Source: an uncultured Acidimicrobiales bacterium (GTDB taxonomy: Bacteria; Actinomycetota; Geothermincolia; Fen-727; Anoxymicrobiaceae). From it: a DNA stretch of 64,000 nucleotides. Position numbers and translations under genes: made by a program. Location: the NCBI GenBank assembly GCA_964512645.1, contig CAZEJS010000010.1, positions 7,022 to 71,021 of the forward strand, written 5' to 3'. The notes under the pieces are model-generated. The model saw only the letters and a list, made by a program, of their open reading frames with translations. It had not been told where the DNA came from and ran no database searches. Below are positions 35,417-44,040 of this stretch, one piece after another; position 1 is the stretch's first letter, and each line of letters opens with the position of its first letter.

Positions 35417-35632
35417 GTCTCGATCACCCGTCCCCGATAGAATCAGCTCAAGGCACGCTCCCCTCCGCGTGATACCGCACGGACCGGAGCAGAGCCCTGT
35501 CAGGTATTGGTTTCTCGGGTCTGTCGCTTTCCATCATCTCAATCCCGCGCCCGCCCCCACCAGGGGAGCACGTCATTTCAACGATTATACAACAAGCCGG
35601 GCGGTGTTTCGGTGGTCGGCGCGAACGGGGTG

Positions 35633-36532
35633 TCATTCGAGGAACATCTGCTGGCCGGTTTCAGGCGAGCCGGGCGCCTCCTGCCCGGAATCCGGCCCTG
35701 CGCGCCTCTCGGCGGAGACTGCCCCTCCCTCGCCGCCTTCCGCCGGCGCACCGGCAGGAGCCTCGCCGCCTTCGCTCACCGTATCCATGTCCGCGTCCTC
35801 CCCGCTCTCCTCCTCGAGGATGTCCAGGCCGGCCGGACGCGGTAGATACCGGGACAGCGCCTCCCTCAGCAGAGCCCCGGTAAACATCTGGGACAGCGAC
35901 ATCAGGTTCTCGAGGTCCTTTATGGCGGCCCTCTTGGTGTTGGGGTCTTTGTGCTGCAAGTGCGGCCGGATGATCTGCTCGATGAACGAAGCCTCTCGTC
36001 CGACGAACTGCGTGTACATCCTCAAGTGCCTGGGCTCTACCCCGTAACGAAAGAACTCCTTGGCGAGGTTGAGTATCTTCATCTCCGACGGAGGGAAGTA
36101 CTTGCCTTCAGGGCCTTCATGCACGGCCACGATGCCGTATTCGACGAGCTCCTTCACCGTCTCCGCGGAAAGTCCGAGCTTTGCGGGAGCAAGGTCCAGC
36201 GACACCGGGACGGCCCCTGCCAGAGACGGTTCGGCGCCCTGTCCGGACATGACAGCAAGTTCGCCCGCGACCGCCTTTCCGCTACGGAGGTCCTGTATCT
36301 TCCGTTTGATAACCGAGAGCGGAAGATACTCCTCACGTTGAAGTCGAAGTATATAGCTGAGTTGCTTGATGTTCGCGCGAGAGTACTTGCGGTATCCGCT
36401 CTGGGTGCGCTCGGGATTGATCAGACCCTCTTTTTCGAGGAAACGAATCTTGCTTATGGTTATGTCCGGGAACTCCTTCTTCAGCAACTCCTGGACTTCG
36501 CCGATGCCGTATTTCTTTTCCTCTGAAGCCAT
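35633..36532 (-). CDS. MerR-family transcriptional regulator with a long C-terminal domain (Rv1828-like)
   Basis: N-terminal MerR HTH (YGIGEVQELL...ISKIRFLEKEGLI..R...GYRKYS), C-terminal effector region and an acidic tail. Confidence 0.8.
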   Translation of the reverse strand: MASEEKKYGIGEVQELLKKEFPDITISKIRFLEKEGLINPERTQSGYRKYSRANIKQLSYILRLQREEYLPLSVIKRKIQDLRSGKAVAGELAVMSGQGAEPSLAGAVPVSLDLAPAKLGLSAETVKELVEYGIVAVHEGPEGKYFPPSEMKILNLAKEFFRYGVEPRHLRMYTQFVGREASFIEQIIRPHLQHKDPNTKRAAIKDLENLMSLSQMFTGALLREALSRYLPRPAGLDILEEESGEDADMDTVSEGGEAPAGAPAEGGEGGAVSAERRAGPDSGQEAPGSPETGQQMFLE

Positions 36533-36579
36533 TGTTAAACCTCATGAGAAGTCTGAACATAAAGTCAAACCTTAATTGC

Positions 36580-36610
36580 TAATATGCTCAATTCCGGGTG
36601 TGAATGTCAA
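36580..36610 (-). promoter_or_regulatory. Candidate promoter of the MerR gene with a perfect -35 TTGACA and an over-long spacer
   Basis: Minus strand TTGACA (plus 36605-36610), then a 19-20-nt spacer before ATATTA/TATTAG; an elongated spacer is typical of MerR-type promoters. Confidence 0.3.
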
Positions 36611-36620
36611 CACCTGCGGC

Positions 36621-37088
36621 TCATTTGCAGAAAAATATGAGCCGGAACTTCCCTATCTGGATCTCGTCTCCGCTGGAGAGATCCGATTCCTCAACCCTCA
36701 ACTTGTTGACATAGGTGCCGTTGAGGCTGCCCATGTCCTGGATCCTGAAACGTTCCCCGTCCTTACGGATCTCCGCGTGCCTCCTCGACACGGTGATGTC
36801 ATCGAGGAAGACGTCGCTCTCGGGATGCCTTCCGGCTGTTGTAACGTCTTTGGTGAGAACGAAGCGGGTTCCCGCGTTCGGCCCCCTCTTGACGACCAGC
36901 ATCGAAGCACCCGGCAGCAGCTCGTCTTCCGGAACGGCTATCTCCGCTTCGTGCTCGACCTCGGCCTCAACAGGGGTCAGCGTTATGGTGGTGTCCCCGT
37001 CCGGACTCGCCCCCAGGTAGGCGCCGCACTGGCTGCAATAGGTGCTGTCCTCCGGGTTGTTTCTGCCGCACGCGGGGCAAAACATCAC
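36621..37088 (-). CDS. FHA-domain protein with an N-terminal zinc ribbon (GarA/OdhI-like)
   Basis: CPACG...CSQCG Zn-ribbon, then FHA core (GR....D..L.D..VSRRHAEI...G..F.I.D.GSLNGTYVN). Confidence 0.85.
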   Translation of the reverse strand: MMFCPACGRNNPEDSTYCSQCGAYLGASPDGDTTITLTPVEAEVEHEAEIAVPEDELLPGASMLVVKRGPNAGTRFVLTKDVTTAGRHPESDVFLDDITVSRRHAEIRKDGERFRIQDMGSLNGTYVNKLRVEESDLSSGDEIQIGKFRLIFFCK

Positions 37089-37241
37089 TCACTCCGTTTC
37101 TGCCGGCGGCCAGCGGGTGCCGGCTCGCCTTGCGGGATCATGACCGCTATCTCCCGTATCTCCTCCGGCACAAACCCCATGTCCTTGATCAGGCCCAGAA
37201 CGGCCCCCCTCTGCTTCGAGGACAGCTCGCCCAGATCGACG

Positions 37242-37517
37242 CTAACCTTGATCCGGAGTTCGCTCTCCCGCGCTTGTTCCTGTTCGCTCAACGGGCCCGC
37301 CTTCCCGCCGCAGCTCGAATTCGCGCCGCTGTTGTTCCCGCCGCTTGAACTTCTCCAGGAGTTTCTCTCTGCTTTTCTTCGACGCTTCGGATTTCTCCCC
37401 GAAAGTGATGGAATGCTGCTCCCCGATGCCGTGCGCGTGGTGTTCCCCGGGGGTCTTGATTCCCTCTTCGGTGGTCGATCTCACGTTCCGCTCAACGTCT
37501 TTGTCGCTCATCGTCAT
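37242..37517 (-). CDS. Small charged protein (about 91 aa), hypothetical, possibly frameshifted into the downstream 68-aa ORF
   Basis: MTMSDKDVERNV...KLLEKFKRREQQRREFELRR; GC3 about 77% outside the overlap. The 3' end overlaps in another frame the TTG-initiated ORF 37085-37291, which is ATGA-coupled to the FHA gene. Confidence 0.35.
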   Translation of the reverse strand: MTMSDKDVERNVRSTTEEGIKTPGEHHAHGIGEQHSITFGEKSEASKKSREKLLEKFKRREQQRREFELRREGGPVERTGTSAGERTPDQG

Positions 37518-38292
37518 CACCCGCCGAGTTCCTCTGGCCAATGATATCACAAACATGACCTTCGTTATTTCCCCGCCCGGCGCACGGCGCGCCGTGCCTG
37601 GCTGCGCAGAGGAGGCCGGCCTCACGGCATTCGCCGGAGTCGAGGCTGCCTTCCTCGAGAACGAGCCCGTGTGCCGCGGCGAAACCCCGCTTGAAAGCCT
37701 CGGCGGCCCGTGAGAAATCCACCGGGCGCCCAACAACCTCCTCCAGGTTAACCGGGGGGTCCGCGAGTGGGGCAACGCCCCCTGTCGCGTACGGGACGAC
37801 CGTGGCCGCGTGTCTTTCCAGGAACACGGTACCGTGCTGAAGCACGGCACCCCCGGTGACTCTCTGGGCGCTCCCGCAGATCTTACGGCCATGCCACTCG
37901 ATGTCTACGCCGAACTCCCGGTCGAAACACCAGCCGTCCGGCGACCTCGATCCCCTGTGGCGGCTGGTGCACGCGTCAATGCCCAGCAACCGGAGCGCTT
38001 CGATTACCCCTTCCGCGACGAAAGAGAAGCACTCGTCCCTGACATTGCCGTAAAAAGCGTCCAGAGGGCTGGTGTAACAGTAAGTGATGTCGCCGGAATG
38101 CAGGATGGCTCCCCCGCCGGTCGGCCTCCTGACCACGTCTATCCCTGCCAGCTCGCAGGAAGCGGCGTCAACGACGAGCCCGATCTCCTGCGACCTCCCC
38201 AGCGTGACGCAGGCCGGCTCGAACGAGTAGACCCGCAGGGTCCTGAGGCCCGTCGCGCTCGCGCGCCGGGCCAGCACCTCGTCGAGCGCCAT
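37492..38292 (-). CDS. Lipoate-protein ligase / octanoyltransferase family protein (BPL_LplA_LipB domain)
   Basis: RRPTGGGAILH motif and the catalytic-lysine region (HGRKICGSAQR); start taken at MALDEVL (ATG 38292), because the track ORF extension overlaps pncB. Confidence 0.75.
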   Translation of the reverse strand: MALDEVLARRASATGLRTLRVYSFEPACVTLGRSQEIGLVVDAASCELAGIDVVRRPTGGGAILHSGDITYCYTSPLDAFYGNVRDECFSFVAEGVIEALRLLGIDACTSRHRGSRSPDGWCFDREFGVDIEWHGRKICGSAQRVTGGAVLQHGTVFLERHAATVVPYATGGVAPLADPPVNLEEVVGRPVDFSRAAEAFKRGFAAAHGLVLEEGSLDSGECREAGLLCAARHGAPCAGRGNNEGHVCDIIGQRNSAGDDDERQRR

Positions 38293-38354
38293 ATGACAGG
38301 CGCCACGTCTTGCGACGTCCTGGACGAACCGGCAGTTACCCGCGTGTCCCGATG

Positions 38355-39533
38355 TCACCAGAGCACTGCGCCCTTCAACGACTCCAGGACTCTCGACCGC
38401 AAATCTCGAGGACTCGGGGTTCCCCCAAGGAGCTTTCCCTGCCGAAACACCGGCTTGAGCATCGGTTCCGTCGGACCACCGCACTCCGGGCAGGAGACCT
38501 CTCCCCGTGAAGCCGGCGCCAGGGTCCGGCAGCCATCGGAAGTGCACCGCCAGAGCTGCTTGAGCGCCGACTCCTTCCCTCTCTTTGCCAGCGGCTCCCC
38601 GTCGATTTCGACAATATCCATGGCGAAATTTACAACCGGGGAGTTGCTGATGTGTGTGCCTACACCGTAGGCGTCCGCAACGCGGTTGTATTCCAGGATC
38701 TTCTTCTCGTCCAGGTCCCCGGAGACGAACAGCTTGAGGTGCGACAGGCCCCTGAGGTCCAGCTCCCATCGCACCTCTTCAATTATTTTCTGGAAGTCCC
38801 CGCGCCTCGAGCCCGGAGTATCCAGCCGCACGGCATAGAGCCTGTCCCCCAGCACTTCCGCGGCGAAAAGAGCGCCGAACTTCTCGTCCTGGAAAGTGTC
38901 GATGAGCGCCACCCGCGGGACGTCCCCGGGCATGGCTTCGTCGAACATCTCGAAAGCCAGGCGCTCGTCGCGGGCACACAATATCAGAGAATGCGACATG
39001 GTGCCGGATGGTTTCTCTCCTATCCGCTGGGCGCTCTCGACCACCGCGACTCCGTCGCACCCGCCGATGAAGGCGTTCCTTTCGATCATCGGCGCAATGG
39101 CGGGGTGCATCCGCCGCGCCCCGAAGCTTATGACGGCCCTCTCTCCCGCGGCTACCTTGCACCTGGCGGCGCTCGTGGCTATGCCCGACGCCTGACAGAC
39201 AAGCCCGAGAATCGCCGTCTCGAACACGCCGAAATCGAGATATCTGCCGGTGACCGAGAAGACCGGCTCGCCGGGGCCGAAGATCTCGCCTTCATTCATC
39301 GCGCTTACCTCGACGGGGAGTCCCTCGAGCAGCTCGAGCACCTCTTCCAGGCCGGAGAAGACAGCCCAGGGCCATCCATCGGGCAGGCTGCCGGTGCGCA
39401 CCTCCATCGACACCAGCGGGTTTATGCCGCGTTTCGCAAGGGATTCCGTGACCCGCTCGAAGTAAACGTCGGTGACCTTTCCTTGCTTGATGCGATCGTC
39501 AGACGCCACCAGAAATCCCATCCCGTCCTCCAT
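38355..39533 (-). CDS. pncB: Nicotinate phosphoribosyltransferase (archaeal/Thermus-type) with a C-terminal zinc ribbon
   Basis: NAPRTase family motifs (DTF..., GDLDE), C-terminal CPECGG. Confidence 0.85.
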   Translation of the reverse strand: MEDGMGFLVASDDRIKQGKVTDVYFERVTESLAKRGINPLVSMEVRTGSLPDGWPWAVFSGLEEVLELLEGLPVEVSAMNEGEIFGPGEPVFSVTGRYLDFGVFETAILGLVCQASGIATSAARCKVAAGERAVISFGARRMHPAIAPMIERNAFIGGCDGVAVVESAQRIGEKPSGTMSHSLILCARDERLAFEMFDEAMPGDVPRVALIDTFQDEKFGALFAAEVLGDRLYAVRLDTPGSRRGDFQKIIEEVRWELDLRGLSHLKLFVSGDLDEKKILEYNRVADAYGVGTHISNSPVVNFAMDIVEIDGEPLAKRGKESALKQLWRCTSDGCRTLAPASRGEVSCPECGGPTEPMLKPVFRQGKLLGGTPSPRDLRSRVLESLKGAVLW

Positions 39534-39550
39534 TCAACGCACCTGCCGCT

Positions 39551-40084
39551 TCAGACCACTCTGGCACCAAACACACGCTGCAGCTGATCGAGAGCCCAGT
39601 TGCCGTCCTCTTCGTCAAGCCCTTTCACGGCGCTCCTGGGGACCGTCACATCGTAACCTCTCATCAGCGCTTCGATCGCGGATACCATGACGCAGATATT
39701 AGTCACCGTCCCGGTAATCACCACGCGCCTGATGCCCAGTTTCTTGGCAAGCAGGTCGTCCAACCCGGTCTTGTACCACGCCGAATACCTGGTTTTCTCC
39801 AGGACGTGATCGCTCTCCGAGGGAGCGAGTTCCTCGACGACCTCCGAGCCCCATGACCCCGCCACAGCGTGTTCGCCCCACCGGGAGAACTCGTCGTCGC
39901 CGGGCGCGTGGGCGTCGTTGACGAAAATGACAGGGGCACCGACTTCGTGGGCCTCGCGGATTAGCGCCGCGACCTCCTTGACGGTATCCTCAATCCCGGG
40001 GACGTACAGTTTCCCCTCAGGCTTGACGAAATCGTTGATCATGTCGGCTATGATCAGCGCGCTTCCACTGTCAAGAATCGCCAT
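39551..40084 (-). CDS. pncA: Nicotinamidase / isochorismatase-family hydrolase
   Basis: ALIIADMINDF, catalytic Cys in VTGTVTNICV; ATG 40084 preceded by a perfect SD AAGGAGG. Confidence 0.85.
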   Translation of the reverse strand: MAILDSGSALIIADMINDFVKPEGKLYVPGIEDTVKEVAALIREAHEVGAPVIFVNDAHAPGDDEFSRWGEHAVAGSWGSEVVEELAPSESDHVLEKTRYSAWYKTGLDDLLAKKLGIRRVVITGTVTNICVMVSAIEALMRGYDVTVPRSAVKGLDEEDGNWALDQLQRVFGARVV

Positions 40085-40124
40085 GTTGCCGTCCTCCTTC
40101 ACGCTCCTGGTGTCTCTGGGGATT

Positions 40125-41441
40125 TCACCGGACCACTGCGCCCCGGAGTGAATGCCCCCCCGCAGCCAAGACGTCTACCTCGAATACACTGTCGGTCGGA
40201 ACAGCGCCTTCTATCAGGATCACCCTGTTCCCCCTGGTGCGTGCGCTGGTCAATCCGCCCCTCCTGGCTTCTCCGGTGGCAACGACTTCGACGCGTCTGC
40301 CGACAACCTTCTGCAGCGACCTGGCGGTTATCCGTTCCTGTTCGTGCAGCAGACGACCCAACCTCTCGCGTTTCAGGGTCCCCGAAATCTGCCCCTGGAG
40401 TTCGTGCGCAGGCGTCCCACGCCGGACCGAGTACAGAAACGTGTAGGCGGCATCGAACCGAACATCCCTGACCAGATCCATCGTGGCCTCGAAATCGTCA
40501 TCTGATTCGCCGGGGAAGCCGACGATGATATCGGTGGTTAGTACGATGCCGGGTACGCTGCGCCTCACGCGCTCGACCAGCGCCATGTACTCCTCGCGGG
40601 TATAGCCTCGATTCATCGCGTCCAACACGGCGTTCGACCCCGACTGCACCGGCAGGTGCAGGTACTCGCATATCCGGGGCTCGCAGGCCATCGTTTTCAG
40701 CAGCTTGTCGCTGAGATCCGCAGGATGAGAAGTCTCGAACTTGATCCTCTGCACGCCCCCGACGCCGGCTACGGCATGGAGAAGCGAAGCAAAATCAGTT
40801 CCGATGTCTTTCCCGTACGCGTTGACGTTCTGCCCGAGGAGCGCCACCTCCGCAACCCCCCGGTTGGTGAGTTCGCGTACGTCCTCCAGAATCTCCTCCT
40901 CCCGCCTGCTCCTGTGCGGCCCTCTCACCGCGGGGATCACGCAGTAAGCGCACCTGTTGTCGCACCCGTGGCTCACCGGCACCCATCCCCAGGCCCGCGG
41001 CTCCCTGTCGAACGGGCACTCGTCAACCAGGGCACTCCCCGGGTCACCCACCTGGCAAACGCGCCCAGACCGGGAGGCCTCCAGAAGAGAAGGAAGGCGC
41101 TGGAGCTCCTCGATGCCGAACACCAGGTCGACCCCGGGCGCGCGGGTGAGTATGTCCAGGCCGTGCATCTGAGCCATGCATCCGGTTACGGCGATGGTTC
41201 GTGCCGGAGACCCCCTGCCGGAAATCGAGGCGATCTTGCCCCACGCCCTGTCCTCGGCGCTCTGCCGCACGCAGCATGTGTTGAAGACGACGAGGTCGGC
41301 GGTGCCCGGTGTATCGGAACGTCGGTATCCCGCGTTCAAGAGGGTACCGGCGATATGTTCAGAATCGTGAGAGTTCATCTGACAGCCGTATGTCCACACA
41401 TGGAACCCTGGCCGGTCGGAAGAGGGTGGCGTGGACATCAT
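40125..41441 (-). CDS. miaB: tRNA-2-methylthio-N6-dimethylallyladenosine synthase (radical SAM methylthiotransferase)
   Basis: N-terminal MTTase Cys triad (YGCQMN..., NTCCVR), radical SAM CAYCVIP, C-terminal TRAM domain. Confidence 0.9.
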   Translation of the reverse strand: MMSTPPSSDRPGFHVWTYGCQMNSHDSEHIAGTLLNAGYRRSDTPGTADLVVFNTCCVRQSAEDRAWGKIASISGRGSPARTIAVTGCMAQMHGLDILTRAPGVDLVFGIEELQRLPSLLEASRSGRVCQVGDPGSALVDECPFDREPRAWGWVPVSHGCDNRCAYCVIPAVRGPHRSRREEEILEDVRELTNRGVAEVALLGQNVNAYGKDIGTDFASLLHAVAGVGGVQRIKFETSHPADLSDKLLKTMACEPRICEYLHLPVQSGSNAVLDAMNRGYTREEYMALVERVRRSVPGIVLTTDIIVGFPGESDDDFEATMDLVRDVRFDAAYTFLYSVRRGTPAHELQGQISGTLKRERLGRLLHEQERITARSLQKVVGRRVEVVATGEARRGGLTSARTRGNRVILIEGAVPTDSVFEVDVLAAGGHSLRGAVVR

Positions 41442-41908
41442 GCCCCGCGGAATACGTCCCTGAACATACGTCTTTTGACAGCGAAGGTCAGGGCCGTCAC
41501 CGCTGTCGTGACAAAACCGAGTTTCGCCATCGGCGATTTGATCGCCTTCTCCACGGCGTCTGACGCTTCGCTCATCTTTCCGATGAGAACCGCTGTGTCT
41601 CCGGTGATGATCTCGACGTTCTCGAGTTCCCTGTTCACTCCATCGAGGGTAAGCTGGGCTTTTTTGAGAAGGGTCACGGCCTGTGGGCGGGTCTCGGCGA
41701 CCACGAAGGCTACCTCCTCCAGGGTCCTGCGCAATCTCAACAGGACGGGTATGAGCAACAGCACCACTATCACAACGGCTGCCGCTCCAACGACCTGGAG
41801 CACCTTCAGCGCCAATCTCTCTCCTCTCCGGCGTAACGCTTCAATACATTCTAGTGCATACTCCGCGAACCACAAACCGGCGCCCGGCGCCAGAGGGTGG
41901 GGCTCCAT
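41438..41908 (-). CDS. DUF948-like small membrane protein
   Basis: Single N-terminal TM (VVGAAAVVIVVLLLIPVLL) and a coiled C-terminal domain; 4-bp overlap with the miaB start; the start codon is uncertain. Confidence 0.55.
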   Translation of the reverse strand: MEPHPLAPGAGLWFAEYALECIEALRRRGERLALKVLQVVGAAAVVIVVLLLIPVLLRLRRTLEEVAFVVAETRPQAVTLLKKAQLTLDGVNRELENVEIITGDTAVLIGKMSEASDAVEKAIKSPMAKLGFVTTAVTALTFAVKRRMFRDVFRGA

Positions 41909-41965
41909 TCCTCCCGTCGTCTCGGTGGCGATGTCGCCCGGCGCGCCCGCCCGGAACGTTCCGGC

Positions 41966-42889
41966 TCAGAGCCAGCCGACAAAGGGGTACGCGTCGATCT
42001 TCCAGGCGTCGCCCTCCCTCACCAGCCGCACCTCTTCAATCCGGGGGTCGCCGTTCTCCACGTAAGCGATAACCTTGACGTTAGCGGTGTCCGGGTCGGA
42101 GAAGTCGATCTGCGCCGCGCTGACATAGTAGCCGACCGGCTTGTTGCTTCCCCAGGCGTCGTTCCAGCCCTGCATGAGCTTCTCTTTGGTGATCTTGAAG
42201 TAATCAAAACCTGTGTGCAGCCTGCTCGAGAGCATCGACCACACGGTATCGAGGTCGTGCCGGTGGATATCCGCGTCCATGAAAGCCTCGACGGTATCGT
42301 GCACGACTCTCGCGGCGGCCTCCGCGGCGGGATCCATGTGCCGGAAGGCGGACTGCAGCGTACTTCCGCCCTGGTAGAGATCGCCCGGCAATTTCACGCT
42401 CAACCACGGAGCCGAGCCCGTGAAGGAGGTCACCGCTTCCTGGGCACGGCTCGCAAGGCTTTCCAGGGCCGCCCGGCCATCGGCCACCGCCCGGTCGTCG
42501 CCCGCCGAAAGCTCTCCGAGAACGGTGGCGTATCTTCCGACGCTGTCCAGCGCCAGCCGCTCCCTCTCCGCCACCTCCCTGTACTTCCCTGGAACACGCG
42601 TCTTCTCCAGGGAGTTCGACACCTTCGCGACACCGGCGGCCAGCGCGCCGGCGCCTTCTTCCACCGCATCGAGATCCCCCGGGTTCGCCACCCTGGTCAT
42701 TGCGTCGACCAGCGTGTTCATCCGGCCCGCGATTCCCTTCCAGTCGGCGGAAACACGCTCCCTGAAAGCTCTTTCGGCCCGGCTTCTGGAGGCTGCGCAC
42801 CACCACGCCAGCCCGCCAGCGACACACCCCAGGACAAGCAGGGCCAGCAGGGCGACCACGGTGATGCGCCGCCAGCCCCAGCGCCTCAA
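41966..42889 (-). CDS. Membrane-anchored hypothetical protein (307 aa)
   Basis: N-terminal TM (ITVVALLALLVLGCVAGGLAWW) plus a soluble domain; 4-bp overlap with the upstream GHKL gene. Confidence 0.6.
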   Translation of the reverse strand: MRRWGWRRITVVALLALLVLGCVAGGLAWWCAASRSRAERAFRERVSADWKGIAGRMNTLVDAMTRVANPGDLDAVEEGAGALAAGVAKVSNSLEKTRVPGKYREVAERERLALDSVGRYATVLGELSAGDDRAVADGRAALESLASRAQEAVTSFTGSAPWLSVKLPGDLYQGGSTLQSAFRHMDPAAEAAARVVHDTVEAFMDADIHRHDLDTVWSMLSSRLHTGFDYFKITKEKLMQGWNDAWGSNKPVGYYVSAAQIDFSDPDTANVKVIAYVENGDPRIEEVRLVREGDAWKIDAYPFVGWL

Positions 42890-44040
42890 TCCACCTCACC
42901 GTCCTCGTCGGTCACGTAGCAGGACACTATGAGCTTGCCCCGGGAGCGCCTGACGCGGGGCGGGGCGGCACCGCGTAGGTAATACCTGCCGACAACCCCT
43001 TCGACCACCTTCGCGCATCCCTCCCCGATCCGGGCCAGGTCATCCCCGGAAAGCTTCCTCAGCGGACTTCTGATTCTGACCGCCTTCTTCGTGTCATGGC
43101 TTTGCACCTTTCCGGCTTTTCCTTCGGCGGCGGTGAACAACCTCGCCTGGGTCATGACCGTATCGAGAATGGTTATCTCGTCGTTGAGAATGCGGTACGA
43201 ATTTCGCTCCGAGACCGCCAGTCCCAGAAGCCTTCGCGAAGCCTCAGCGAGCGCCCTGGCTTCTTCGATGCCACATAACTCACTCCATGGAACCCGCTTC
43301 TCACCGGCGCCGATAAAACGCGCCGTGGCCAGCACCTCGGAGTAAGACCCCAGGTAGAATTCCATCTCGGGGTGATCGACTGACATCTCCAGGAGTACCC
43401 GCGCGACGTTGTGAGGCCCGGACCCAACCTCGGGCTCTTCATCGGTTCCAACGATGCAGGGCAGAGTCGCCTGGTCGGACCTCTCGCCCAGCTTCTTGGT
43501 GTCCACGCTCACCTGCATGACCGTACCCACCCCTGGCTCCGAGAACGCAACGTTAGCGGACATGCACCTGGATTTAATGGAAAACAGGGCCATCCCCCGG
43601 CCGTGGACCCCGTACCTGTCTTCATCGAAGTCCCGGCTCTTGGAGGTCACGCGCGGCTCGAAGATCGCCTGGTGCATCTCTCCGGGGATTCCGCACCCGT
43701 CGTCCATGACCGATATCCTCCTGTACCGGCCCTGCTCTTTCTGGAATGCGACCATGACACGCCTCGCCCCGGCGTCTCTGGAGTTGCGCACGAGCTCGGT
43801 CACTACATTCTCGACGGAGCGGATATCGTGCTGGGCCTGCCTTCGTTCCGCTTCCGCCACCTTGAGACGGACAAACCCGTGCGGGAGGTTCTCCTCGATT
43901 CGCAACCGCGCCGCGTCTGTCACTTGCGATACGAACCTGACGACGTCGCCCGCGAGCGAATCGCCCGAAGTATCGGTAGAGTCCACGCTCCCAGCCTGGA
44001 GGTCGCGCCTTCCGGCACGGCCCGGGCGGGCGCCGGTCAC
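42886..44040 (-). CDS. GHKL-superfamily (histidine kinase-like) ATPase domain protein, orphan (no DHp/receiver)
   Basis: N-box [11 protein letters not shown]1 DDGCGIP, G2 GVHGRGMAL; 4-bp overlap with the rny stop. Confidence 0.7.
   Translation of the reverse strand: MTGARPGRAGRRDLQAGSVDSTDTSGDSLAGDVVRFVSQVTDAARLRIEENLPHGFVRLKVAEAERRQAQHDIRSVENVVTELVRNSRDAGARRVMVAFQKEQGRYRRISVMDDGCGIPGEMHQAIFEPRVTSKSRDFDEDRYGVHGRGMALFSIKSRCMSANVAFSEPGVGTVMQVSVDTKKLGERSDQATLPCIVGTDEEPEVGSGPHNVARVLLEMSVDHPEMEFYLGSYSEVLATARFIGAGEKRVPWSELCGIEEARALAEASRRLLGLAVSERNSYRILNDEITILDTVMTQARLFTAAEGKAGKVQSHDTKKAVRIRSPLRKLSGDDLARIGEGCAKVVEGVVGRYYLRGAAPPRVRRSRGKLIVSCYVTDEDGEVD

Noticed and set aside
36617-36644. 8-bp-stem hairpin at the 3' end of the FHA gene, considered as a terminator.
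   Set aside because: No U-tract follows on the transcribed (minus) strand, and the MerR gene immediately downstream appears co-oriented with its own promoter. It is more likely an mRNA stability element, or incidental.
37242-37892. 216-aa minus ORF.
   Set aside because: The upstream 125 codons overlap the lipoate-ligase gene out of frame. Only the 3' 91 codons were kept as a low-confidence small CDS.
37492-38769. N-terminal 159 codons of the 425-aa ORF (38293-38769) as part of the lipoate ligase.
   Set aside because: This part overlaps the pncB 3' region and is low-complexity and Arg/Gly-rich. The ligase homology begins at MALDEVL.
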